A stretch of DNA of 23,604 nucleotides from an uncultured Nitrososphaerota archaeon (GCA_964636085.1 CAZWPQ010000009.1:43387-66990), one strand, 5' to 3'; counted from the stretch's first letter, positions 9,413 to 18,330 are shown. Notes: generated by a model not told the origin, from the sequence alone. Translations and numbers: made by a program.

Positions 9413-10839
9413 ATGGCACCAATCATCCTCATCTTTGCCCTGACATACGCGTCAAGAACTGCTGAAATAATATTCTTTGGTGTCGCCGGGATCACCCTAA
9501 CACCGTATCTCGCTATTCTATTTGAAACCAGCTTAAATCTTCTCATGTACTCTATCATCACTGCCTCTCTATACATCGCCATATACGGCTTCCGTGGGCT
9601 AGGTATCTCGAACAGAGGGGAAATCAGTGATATTATTGTAGGTCTTAATTTATGCGCTAATGCTATCTTTATACCTTCCTCGAATATGTGAACATCTCCC
9701 TCTAAATCCGATATAATAACCAAGAAACCGCTTCTAGGTTCCCTATCTATCAAATACCTAACAGCACCAGGGAGATTTGCCACTCCTTCTGGTTCAGCCT
9801 CAGCTAGTATCGACAGGACCCTAAGAAAGTGGCCACGCCCCCTCCCAGCCTTCAGGAAATTATGAACCGTAGATGAAAATAGCATTACCCCAAAGAAATC
9901 TTGCATTCTTTGGGCCAAATATGCAACCAAAGCACCAGCTCTAGCCGCAAAGTCAAGTTTAGTGAATCTACGAAAACCAAACCCCATCGTATAACTAGTA
10001 TCTATAAGTATGTATAGCTTTATCACTTTCTCACCATGGTACTCTTTTACCATCAATTTTCCTAGTCTTACAGAGGCCTTCCAGTCAATGAGTCTTATAG
10101 GATCAGCGGGATTATAGAGTCTTAGTTGATGAAAATCATAGCCAGACCCTTTCATCTTGAACATAGTGTGTTGGCCTGGCAAGAAGCCTCCCATAGCTTT
10201 TTGAGTTATCTCCACCTTCCTTACATCTCCATATGCAGGAAATACCCTAATCTCTGAGTAATCTGGAAACTCAAATTCTGTCTCGAACATAGATAGCCTA
10301 TCTGTTACTACTATGCCCACGGGCCCTACGACATGAACTCCTCGAGCCGCCGCTCTGAGCAGGTATGATATCTCGATTTTTCCGCCCGCAGGTAAATTGG
10401 TTTCTACATAATTCTCGCCGAAAATTATATCAAATGCGTCCGGCACCAAGTCTGTGATTATGACCTTATCCAAGTCTAATAGTGTGGGGTTATAAATCTT
10501 GAGCTTAACCATCGTAAGTTCGCCCTGAAAGATTTTGTCCTTTAGTATTTCTCGCTTAATTTCCAGCCTTGGAATTATAGAGCTAGTTATAAGTGAAAAC
10601 CTTATGTATGAAAATATGAACGCAAAGATCAGTATGCCAGCAAGAATCAGCAGCCATGGGGCAAATATTATGACCTCCAATGTCTGGGGGAAATATGCCA
10701 TGATGTTAATTCCAGCAGCTTGAAGTACCGTTATAAGGTATCTTAGTTGATATAGCGACAATGCGAAGAAGAAACAAAAGAACGTTATCAGTAAATATAC
10801 TCCCGCAACATTTGATATCTTTATTTTCAAGAGCAACAC
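9409..10839 (-). CDS. DUF58/vWA MoxR-associated membrane protein
   Basis: GSGYDFHQLRLYNPADPIRLIDWKASVR DUF58 signature; MIDAS-like IDTSYTM and IISDL; two N-terminal TMs and an Ig/DUF11-like segment. Start codon uncertain. Confidence 0.9.
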   Translation of the reverse strand: MLLLKIKISNVAGVYLLITFFCFFFALSLYQLRYLITVLQAAGINIMAYFPQTLEVIIFAPWLLILAGILIFAFIFSYIRFSLITSSIIPRLEIKREILKDKIFQGELTMVKLKIYNPTLLDLDKVIITDLVPDAFDIIFGENYVETNLPAGGKIEISYLLRAAARGVHVVGPVGIVVTDRLSMFETEFEFPDYSEIRVFPAYGDVRKVEITQKAMGGFLPGQHTMFKMKGSGYDFHQLRLYNPADPIRLIDWKASVRLGKLMVKEYHGEKVIKLYILIDTSYTMGFGFRRFTKLDFAARAGALVAYLAQRMQDFFGVMLFSSTVHNFLKAGRGRGHFLRVLSILAEAEPEGVANLPGAVRYLIDREPRSGFLVIISDLEGDVHIFEEGIKIALAHKLRPTIISLISPLFEIPSPRKPYMAMYREAVMIEYMRRFKLVSNRIARYGVRVIPATPKNIISAVLDAYVRAKMRMIGAI

Positions 10840-10928
10840 CGAGCCTATAAGATAACCAAATTCTAGTAACTAAAAACGATTTGCATAAATATAACATAAC
10901 AATTTTTGTTAATAAGCACAAATCCCAC

Positions 10929-12038
10929 TCATTTAATCCTGTTTTTCCTTACTATGGTCTGCTCTACATAGACAAGCATGTTATCAGGTATGTTCTCAAA
11001 AACCAACGTACCTGGGCCCACAACCACGTTCTTGCCGATAAGTACTCCTGGCATTGTCCCAACGTGTATGCCAATCTCGGTATTCCTACCTATGATTACC
11101 CCTAGTTTGTTTAAACCACTATCAATTTTTTTGCCATTCCATCTAACCTTTATTGTTGCTCGATCCAGTCTCACATTTCCAGTTATAAAACCTGCGCCAG
11201 TGTGTACATGAAAATCGAATAACGAGTCTCCAATATAGCCCGAGTGTGTCTCAGAGTACGGACCTAACCAGCTTCTAGCTACCTCCATATTTGCCCCAAT
11301 TATCGAGTTTCTCTCTATTATTGATTGTCTCACCAAAGCATTATTCCCAATTATTGTATCAGGTCCTATATAGCATGGGCCCTTGATAGTCACATTTCCA
11401 TATATCCTAGCGCCGCTGGATATCCAACAATCTCCCACAATATTAACATTTTTAGAAATCATGGCATCATTACCTATAGACTTGCCCTTAATCTTTGTAT
11501 TCAGCAATTTCATTGAGAATACAAGCATCTCCCATGGATAAAGTGGCAGTGTCTCCATATCTCTCCAATCCACTCTGTGCCCCTCCTCTGGCCATTCAGA
11601 CCCACTCCTGATGTATACGAGAGGCCTCACTATTTTGCCTTTTTGCTCATAAATAACCATGTTCTTGTTATGGATGGGAAATGATCCAAATATGACGGCT
11701 GGATCAAATGCATGAGTGATAATTGCATCATTCTTTGGGTCTCTTAATGAATTCGTTATTTCCTTCAGAACAGACATAGATATGCGGTCTATTCTTTCCT
11801 TAACAATTTCGATGGATAATTGATTCATATTGTCTATATGTATGTCTCCACTCTTGCCGACATTTAAAACCACAATCTTTTTTATACGCGCAAAAGAATT
11901 TAGTGCCTCTATCAGGTGCATGTAGACAGGTTTTCCCATAATCTCAAACTCTGCTACATGTACAGAGTCCAAAGGCCATATTCTTGCGCTTTCGTCAAAT
12001 ATTAAATATGCTTCCAATCCATCTACGTGCGGATCCAT
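10929..12038 (-). CDS. GlmU-like hexapeptide (LbH) acetyltransferase with degenerate N-terminal nucleotidyltransferase domain
   Basis: C-terminal HSGYIGDS..GAGFITGNVRLD..KLGVIIG..PGVLIG matches the archaeal GlmU acetyltransferase domain. N-terminus LIFDESARIWPL..GKPV lacks LAAGxGxR and PK. Confidence 0.8.
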   Translation of the reverse strand: MDPHVDGLEAYLIFDESARIWPLDSVHVAEFEIMGKPVYMHLIEALNSFARIKKIVVLNVGKSGDIHIDNMNQLSIEIVKERIDRISMSVLKEITNSLRDPKNDAIITHAFDPAVIFGSFPIHNKNMVIYEQKGKIVRPLVYIRSGSEWPEEGHRVDWRDMETLPLYPWEMLVFSMKLLNTKIKGKSIGNDAMISKNVNIVGDCWISSGARIYGNVTIKGPCYIGPDTIIGNNALVRQSIIERNSIIGANMEVARSWLGPYSETHSGYIGDSLFDFHVHTGAGFITGNVRLDRATIKVRWNGKKIDSGLNKLGVIIGRNTEIGIHVGTMPGVLIGKNVVVGPGTLVFENIPDNMLVYVEQTIVRKNRIK

Positions 12039-12153
12039 TCAACGACACCCAATTCCAATTATAGGATTTGTTAAATCTAAATTTGTATTTCAACAACATC
12101 TTTTAATATTCAGCATGATTCATTTTATAATACGGTAGAGGCAGAGAATAGTT

Positions 12154-14292
12154 ATGAGAAAACACAAGAAAAAAAGGGAGAAGAAGCAAACAGTACTGGA
12201 CGTGTTCCTATCTAACCAACAATCTATGAATGCTAGCACATTAAACAAGGATATTGCTAACTCCCTACAAACACCTTCACCCAGTTTGGATAAATTGATC
12301 TCCACCTATGATCTCAAAAGGAGTGGAGGGCGCATAGTAGACCTAACAGAGCTGATGTCCATCTTTATAAATTCTATCAAATTGCCCGAGATATCCTCCC
12401 CGCAGATGCCCCGATTCAAATTTAGTGAGATAACAAATATAAACTCTAGAATTCTCGTAGTGACTGAGAAACCAAAGGTAGCTACTGCACTTGCTAAAGC
12501 GTTGTCTGGAAAGGATTATAAGATCTTAAGATTCGGACGGATAACCGTATACTCGCTCCGCTACAGGGGGAGACACATAACTATAGTCCCCCTTAGGGGG
12601 CATCTCATCGAATATGACACAAGGAGGGAATATAAGTCATGGCACACAACGGATCCATTAAGGATAATACAGGATGAGAAAAGCCTTTTCCGCAAACATC
12701 GATACCCTAGCATAGTTAAAATCCTCAGATCCTTAGCCCAAAAACATGACGTTCTATTCATAGCTACCGATTCTGATGAGGAGGGAGAAAATATAGGTTG
12801 GGAGGCATACCAGATTATAAAGACTGTGAAGAATATGCCCGTATTTAGAATATGGTTCTTATCGCTCCAACCAAGCGAACTTATAGATGCTTTTAACAAT
12901 CCAACAAAACCAATCATAAACTGGGCCCTAGCACCCGAGGCCAGAAAAATAATAGATGCTTTTAGTGGTTTCTCATCAACTAGGGAACTTACTATTATCG
13001 GCAGGAAATCTGGACATATTGCAAAATTACGGCCTCAGGGGGGGATACTATCACTAGGACGTGTACAGAGCCCCACCCTATACTTACTATTTCTGAGGGA
13101 AAGATACATCCGTAACTATAAACCCAGACGATACTGGTCACTTACGGCTGAAGTTTTGCACGACAACATAAACATTAATACGGAGCATATAAAATCACCA
13201 TTCCAGCAGGAGGAAATCGCTAAACAAATATATAAAAAAGTTGTGAACGCAAAATATTGTAGTGTAATTAAGATAGATTCAAAAACTGAGCGGCAACGCC
13301 CCGAGGGGCCGCTGAATACCAATAAAGCCCTTATAATGCTGAACAAATTATTGAAGCTACCATCCAGCAAAGCCATGAAAATTTTGGAGGACTTATATTT
13401 GGAGGGACTGATCACCTACCCAAGGACAGACACGGATCGCTATCCAGATAACTACAACCATAGAGCTAACATTGAAAGGCTTTGTAGACATAAAGAACTA
13501 GGTAAATTTGCAATGAAAATAATTTCCATGGGTTGCAGATTACGCAAAAATGGAAGAAGACTAATTGGAGATCATCTCCCCATAACTCCTATTGACGTGC
13601 CAAAACAAAATACTAGGTTATCGGATACCCATATCAAGGTCTATAATTTAATTGTACGCCGATATCTATCTCTCTTTATGAATGATGCCATACTAGTCAA
13701 AGCAAAGGTTTACCTGGGGGTCGATGGGGAAACTTTTGTTGTCAACATTACAAAAATAAAAGAACAAGGCTTTCTCCAAGTATATCCCTTTAACAAACCA
13801 AAAACATGTGATATAGAACTCCAACCAGGGCATAAATTGATTATTAAAAACATCAAACTTCAGAAACGGTTCACAAAACCACCAAGCCGACTGAGTGAGG
13901 CCGAACTATTAGCATATATGGAGAGGCTAGGTTTGGGGACAAAAGCAACAAGATCAGAACACATCCAAAAACTGGTTAGCCGTAAGTACATCATACGAAA
14001 AAAAGGTAGGCTTCATCTATCCGAGTTAGGTTACCGGTTATGCGAATTTCTTGAGAAAATTTGGCCCGAATTTCTACAGCCCTATTTTAATGCTTATGTA
14101 CATACATTGCTTCGAAAAATCATGAATGGTGAAATTGATTATAAGGAGGCTGTCTCCAAGGCCAGAGAGAAGTTTATCGAAATATTCCTTAGACTCCGAA
14201 AATCTAGAGATGAACTCCTTAGAGTGCTTTCATCAGTACCATCAACGGATACATCCAATCGAAAAAGACCCCGTGCAAAAAGAAGAAAATAA
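12154..14292 (+). CDS. topA: DNA topoisomerase type IA (archaeal TopA/Topo III-like)
   Basis: TOPRIM VTEKPKVA and ATDSDEEGENI; SLGRVQSPTL; catalytic GLITYPRTD (Tyr at 13417-13419); GLGTKATR. No C-terminal Zn ribbons; about 95-aa N-terminal extension. Confidence 0.95.
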   Translation: MRKHKKKREKKQTVLDVFLSNQQSMNASTLNKDIANSLQTPSPSLDKLISTYDLKRSGGRIVDLTELMSIFINSIKLPEISSPQMPRFKFSEITNINSRILVVTEKPKVATALAKALSGKDYKILRFGRITVYSLRYRGRHITIVPLRGHLIEYDTRREYKSWHTTDPLRIIQDEKSLFRKHRYPSIVKILRSLAQKHDVLFIATDSDEEGENIGWEAYQIIKTVKNMPVFRIWFLSLQPSELIDAFNNPTKPIINWALAPEARKIIDAFSGFSSTRELTIIGRKSGHIAKLRPQGGILSLGRVQSPTLYLLFLRERYIRNYKPRRYWSLTAEVLHDNININTEHIKSPFQQEEIAKQIYKKVVNAKYCSVIKIDSKTERQRPEGPLNTNKALIMLNKLLKLPSSKAMKILEDLYLEGLITYPRTDTDRYPDNYNHRANIERLCRHKELGKFAMKIISMGCRLRKNGRRLIGDHLPITPIDVPKQNTRLSDTHIKVYNLIVRRYLSLFMNDAILVKAKVYLGVDGETFVVNITKIKEQGFLQVYPFNKPKTCDIELQPGHKLIIKNIKLQKRFTKPPSRLSEAELLAYMERLGLGTKATRSEHIQKLVSRKYIIRKKGRLHLSELGYRLCEFLEKIWPEFLQPYFNAYVHTLLRKIMNGEIDYKEAVSKAREKFIEIFLRLRKSRDELLRVLSSVPSTDTSNRKRPRAKRRK

Positions 14293-14336
14293 TTTAATAT
14301 CTAGTAGTTTTAACATGTTTATGATTAGGTTAAATG

Positions 14337-14343
14337 TTTATAA
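14337..14343 (+). promoter_or_regulatory. TATA box for the sRNA-rps27e transcript
   Basis: TTTATAA ends about 22 nt upstream of the predicted sRNA 5' end. Confidence 0.5.
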
Positions 14344-14364
14344 TTTCATTTTTGATGTTGATAA

Positions 14365-14423
14365 GCCGATGATGAAGAGGTGATCCACTAAAGCAACAAT
14401 GACGAGGCCTTTGTGTCTGAGGT
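14365..14423 (+). ncRNA. Box C/D methylation-guide sRNA
   Basis: C box ATGATGA 14369-14375; 12-nt guide 14376-14387; D' CTAA 14388-14391; C' ATGACGA 14399-14405; 11-nt guide 14406-14416; D box CTGA 14417-14420; terminal stem GCC/GGT. Size and spacing are canonical for archaea. Confidence 0.85.
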
Positions 14424-14431
14424 GTATAGCT

Positions 14432-14668
14432 ATGGCTGAAGAAATAAGAAGGATTATTGAGGAGCTAGATGAAAAGGAGAAAAAAATTGCTAGATTCCCA
14501 AGAAGCACATTCATCAGGGTAAGATGCAAACAATGCGGCCATGAAATTCTGACATTCTCTCATGCATCCACTAAGGTATATTGTCCTAGCTGTAAAAATC
14601 TTATTGTTGAACCTACTGGCGGTAAAGCAAAAATACATGGGGAAATATTGGAGGAATATTACTACTAA
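14432..14668 (+). CDS. rps27e: 30S ribosomal protein S27e
   Basis: PRSTFIRVRCKQCGHE..FSHA...VYCPSC...VEPTGGKA zinc ribbon. SD GAGGTG before ATG 14432. Confidence 0.96.
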   Translation: MAEEIRRIIEELDEKEKKIARFPRSTFIRVRCKQCGHEILTFSHASTKVYCPSCKNLIVEPTGGKAKIHGEILEEYYY

Positions 14669-14693
14669 GCTAAAAAAGACGGGGGTAAAACAG

Positions 14694-15737
14694 ATGCGTA
14701 CTACAATAATTTATGTCATCGTTCTAGTAATATCTACTGCTATCTGGCCGTGTCTCGCTTCGCCCAATACACATGAGACAGAAAATGAGTTAGTAGTTGT
14801 CATGGACGTCCACCATAAACCGGCGTTACTGAATTTTACGAAGGCAATAGGCTATTTAAACGAGACCCTCAACAGTAGTATTAGGTTCTACCAACTAAAT
14901 GACACCATAAATTATTCAACATTATCTGGAGTAGCCATATACATAGTCCCCCCATCAAATAATACGTTCTCTGACTCAGAGAAAAAAATTATTGAATCAT
15001 ATGTTCGGAGAGGCGGTATTCTTTTGGTAATGGGCTTGGATTCTGTCAAGGATAGAGACTTTAATTCCGATGTTATAGTAATGGATGACTTAGTTTCAAG
15101 CATTCCTCTCGACACAAAAATTCATTTCAACTTCACTAAAGGCTTTGGGAATACACTAATAGACCCACTTTCAAATGATAGTTATCTCCATATCAATGAG
15201 AGCCATTATTCTGATGCCCTTAAGGATTTCCTTGGCGGGAAAACGTTTAATCTTATTGTTGAATCCACCATTATTACTTTAGACACTATCAACATAAGCA
15301 AAGAAATGATAATTCATCCACCGCCTTGGACTTATGCTCTATGCTATAATGGAACAATATTTTATCCTGAGGGTGGGATAACAATTTTTGCTATGGAGAA
15401 ATACGGCCTAGGTTATGTGGTTGTGTTTGGTTTTTCTCTTAGTCTAAGTGATATTGTTGAACCCACATACGGAAAAGCATGGATCGATATAGCACAAAAC
15501 AAAGACCTTTGGGTCACCATTCTTAAAAACCTGTTGCTCTCTTCCATAAGGCGTTATCAGAAATACTTTTGGAATACTACAGCACTTTGGTTACCCCCCC
15601 TAGTCGTGGGGGCAACCCTAATCGTACTATCGATAATATTGATCATAAAGAAAGGTAAGAAAATCGAGAAAGCTAAGGAAAAAAGAGAAGTACGCTTGGC
15701 AGAGATGCTACGTCGGATGAGGAGAAAGGAGAAATAG
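14694..15737 (+). CDS. GIFT (GldG/IFT52/DUF4350-like) type I membrane glycoprotein
   Basis: Signal peptide from ATG 14694 (SD GGGGG); VVMDVHH, FSDSEKKIIESYVRRGGILLVMG, GLGYVVVFG...N..L..NL; C-terminal TM and basic tail; 12 N-x-S/T sequons. Confidence 0.7.
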   Translation: MRTTIIYVIVLVISTAIWPCLASPNTHETENELVVVMDVHHKPALLNFTKAIGYLNETLNSSIRFYQLNDTINYSTLSGVAIYIVPPSNNTFSDSEKKIIESYVRRGGILLVMGLDSVKDRDFNSDVIVMDDLVSSIPLDTKIHFNFTKGFGNTLIDPLSNDSYLHINESHYSDALKDFLGGKTFNLIVESTIITLDTINISKEMIIHPPPWTYALCYNGTIFYPEGGITIFAMEKYGLGYVVVFGFSLSLSDIVEPTYGKAWIDIAQNKDLWVTILKNLLLSSIRRYQKYFWNTTALWLPPLVVGATLIVLSIILIIKKGKKIEKAKEKREVRLAEMLRRMRRKEK

Positions 15738-15743
15738 TTGCTC

Positions 15744-17129
15744 TTATGCCTTCATTTTTGATTCGTATTCTTTGCATTTTTTCCTTATTTTAGTGGCGTA
15801 TGGGAATAGCAAAACTATAGCAACTAGGTTTATCAACACTACCGCGAGGATCGTCAAGAGCGTAATATGATACTTCATGAATGAAAAACGCTTTTTGATG
15901 GCCTCTATTCTTATTGATTCACTCCATTTAAATCCATAAAATTCCATTGAGGACATTATTCTAATAAAAACGACTGCTGATCTGTTTAGCAATGCACTTA
16001 TATTGAGATCGACATCATAATAATAATATGCCTCTTGTTTCTCCTCATCATATGACTCATTTTTAGGTTCTGGAGCCGCTGGTAATTTTAGTTTCCCAAG
16101 ATATTCAAAACCTATTATCGTTAATGGGTCTGGTAGATTAGTATTAGAACCTAGCGACAGATTTGCATAGGTGACTCTAAATTTAACATTGATTGTTGGG
16201 TTTTTATCGATATCAATTGTTGTTTCATTCGGCTCTCTGCTTATAACGGATATATCAATGCGATTTAGTTTCTCGCCAAGCCACAATATGATATTTTCGA
16301 GCAATTTTAGGTTATCAAAGTCCTTCTTAACAACATAAAGATTTTCAAACATGTATCCCGATGAGACCACAACTATTCTAGACCCAAAATAGTATTCCTG
16401 AGCATAACAAAATGTAACGTTTTGTCCATAGGTCTTCTTTCCTTTTTTGTACTCTACGTATGTTGTAGGCCCGCCCCAGATTAGCTTATTAACATATAGA
16501 ATCGATACATTCGTTTCATTGTCTAGCGGCATTGTTTCATTAAGCCCAAGTTCATCTAGAAGTTCATTGTTCCCAGTGTAATTCAAGGCTGATGCATTTA
16601 CTACTAATATAGAATTTATGTCCCTCGTTATAGAGACATTTTCCCAACTACCGTTAACAATAATATATGACTCTTTCTCATAATATGATTCATTATCCTC
16701 CGCAGAACCTATTATCTCAAGCCCAAACATTTCTAGTAATCTTTTCGATGTATCATCTACTGATGAGGGCAATACAAATAATAGATTGCCTCCCAAGAAA
16801 GTGTAATTTTTAATTATGCTGATCTGTTCATCGGTTAGGTTTTCATGCGTCAAAAGCACCAAGACATGAACATGGTCTAGTTCTTCCATAGTTGTTAAGT
16901 CAGTTATGTTCTTTATGTAGAACCCAACTCCCTTAATCTTATCGATTAATACGGAGAAGTTATCTACCGGAATTTCTGGCGTCCCTCCTCTAAATATCCC
17001 GAATGTTATATTCTCCTTTTGGTTCTCCAAAAGGACACAGGCATATGGACTTTCTGGGCTTGAATTGAATTTAGGGTGGACGCTTGGGATGATTGATACG
17101 AGTAATAGCAATATTATGATTCCCCGCAT
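15744..17129 (-). CDS. GIFT domain plus Ig-like type I membrane glycoprotein (OST48/Wbp1-like architecture)
   Basis: Signal peptide; LTDEQISIIKNYTFLGGNLLFV..LLEMFGLE; GSRIVVVSSGYMFEN..DNLKLLENIILWL; beta-rich domain; TM; Lys-rich tail; 20 sequons. Confidence 0.65.
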   Translation of the reverse strand: MRGIIILLLLVSIIPSVHPKFNSSPESPYACVLLENQKENITFGIFRGGTPEIPVDNFSVLIDKIKGVGFYIKNITDLTTMEELDHVHVLVLLTHENLTDEQISIIKNYTFLGGNLLFVLPSSVDDTSKRLLEMFGLEIIGSAEDNESYYEKESYIIVNGSWENVSITRDINSILVVNASALNYTGNNELLDELGLNETMPLDNETNVSILYVNKLIWGGPTTYVEYKKGKKTYGQNVTFCYAQEYYFGSRIVVVSSGYMFENLYVVKKDFDNLKLLENIILWLGEKLNRIDISVISREPNETTIDIDKNPTINVKFRVTYANLSLGSNTNLPDPLTIIGFEYLGKLKLPAAPEPKNESYDEEKQEAYYYYDVDLNISALLNRSAVVFIRIMSSMEFYGFKWSESIRIEAIKKRFSFMKYHITLLTILAVVLINLVAIVLLFPYATKIRKKCKEYESKMKA

Positions 17130-17206
17130 TCTCGCCCCCACTCTCGATTCTTCAACCCCCTTATTCATAATTCAATTTTCCTTTTTATTCATATGAGGGG
17201 AACAGA

Positions 17207-17761
17207 ATGATACGAACATTTGTAGCTATAGATATTACGGATAAGGACATTATCAGTAAAATTATTAATATTCAGCGAGGACTTATAAAGACTGGGGCCT
17301 CGATGAAGATAGTGGAGCCAGAGAATATCCATATAACCCTATACTTTCTAGGGGAAATTCCCGAATCAGCTATTAGTCAAGTAGAAGATATAATCTACAA
17401 TTGCATAAGAAATATGGAGCCTTTCGAGATAGAGATAGGGGGGCTAGGAGCATTCCCAACAATTCATAGACCCAGAGTTGTATGGATAGGAATTCTAAAA
17501 AATTCCGAGGTAATTTCATCAATAGCGAGTTGTCTTAGGGATGGATTCTCGAAACATGGGTTCCGGGTCGAGCACAAAAAATTTCATGCTCATATAACAT
17601 TGGCACGAATAAAAAAATTTACAAGAGACCTTAAGGATTTCATAGCAAGAAACTCAAACAAGTATATAGGCAAGTTCTTTGTAGAATCGCTTAAACTAAA
17701 GAAAAGTACATTGACGCCCCGGGGGCCTATTTACGAGGACTTAAAAGTTTTCAAACTATGA
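17207..17761 (+). CDS. thpR: RNA 2',3'-cyclic phosphodiesterase (2'-5' RNA ligase family)
   Basis: RTFVAID, two HxT motifs (NIHITL, HAHITLAR), GAFP...PRVVWIG, STLTPRGPIY. Confidence 0.95.
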   Translation: MIRTFVAIDITDKDIISKIINIQRGLIKTGASMKIVEPENIHITLYFLGEIPESAISQVEDIIYNCIRNMEPFEIEIGGLGAFPTIHRPRVVWIGILKNSEVISSIASCLRDGFSKHGFRVEHKKFHAHITLARIKKFTRDLKDFIARNSNKYIGKFFVESLKLKKSTLTPRGPIYEDLKVFKL

Positions 17762-17763
17762 CC

Positions 17764-18330
17764 CTACATTTTATCTGCATAGATAAATTCCTTAATGTTT
17801 TTGTCTTCAAGCAATTCTGCCAGTCCATCTAAAATTGATTTCTTAAATGCCTCAAAGATTTTGTAGAATATTTGAAAAAATTCCCTTTCATATAAATCCA
17901 TACCTTCTGTTTTTCCTGTATGTAGCCTATGTATTATCCTAGGAAAACGAATAGCGGTCATTTTTCTTAGTTCAGTAACTATTTTATCTCTTGTTGCATT
18001 ATCCACATTTTTTATTACCTCTATTAACCTAGGATAGAACTCGTTAGGTAATGGATCCAGCTTTGGGCTTATGGTAGAAGTGCTTGATAAATTAACCAAC
18101 TTTGTTATTAATTGTTTATCATTCATCTCGTCCTCAATTTCTACTAAATCATGTTTTCTTAATATCCTAGCAATAAACCGCGGTAACTTCTTCCTTTCCC
18201 CCACCACCAAGTTTATCACATGGCCCATTACATCCAGTCTATAGCTCTTCTTTGGTATAACCGTTACCTCCTCCACTAGAAATTTTATATATGCCCTAAT
18301 GAACATTTTTCTTAGGTCAACTAGCCACAT
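17764..18330 (-). CDS. GINS subunit, B-A domain order (Gins23/Psf2-Psf3 type)
   Basis: N-terminal beta domain V..G....LPRFIARIL...LVEI followed by a helical domain with LDPLPNEFY and R..RI. Start could be 18348, 18330 or 18306. Confidence 0.7.
   Translation of the reverse strand: MWLVDLRKMFIRAYIKFLVEEVTVIPKKSYRLDVMGHVINLVVGERKKLPRFIARILRKHDLVEIEDEMNDKQLITKLVNLSSTSTISPKLDPLPNEFYPRLIEVIKNVDNATRDKIVTELRKMTAIRFPRIIHRLHTGKTEGMDLYEREFFQIFYKIFEAFKKSILDGLAELLEDKNIKEFIYADKM

Noticed and set aside
6025-14292. Inteins in MCM or topoisomerase
   Set aside because: Core motifs are contiguous and lengths are normal.
14399-14431. Upstream ATG for rps27e using GAGGTGA (14377-14383) as SD
   Set aside because: The 15-nt spacing is too long, this ATG is part of the C' box, and ATG 14432 has its own well-spaced SD.
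14562-14693. ORF-track N-terminal extension of the 391-aa ORF
   Set aside because: Overlaps rps27e; the signal peptide and SD point to ATG 14694.
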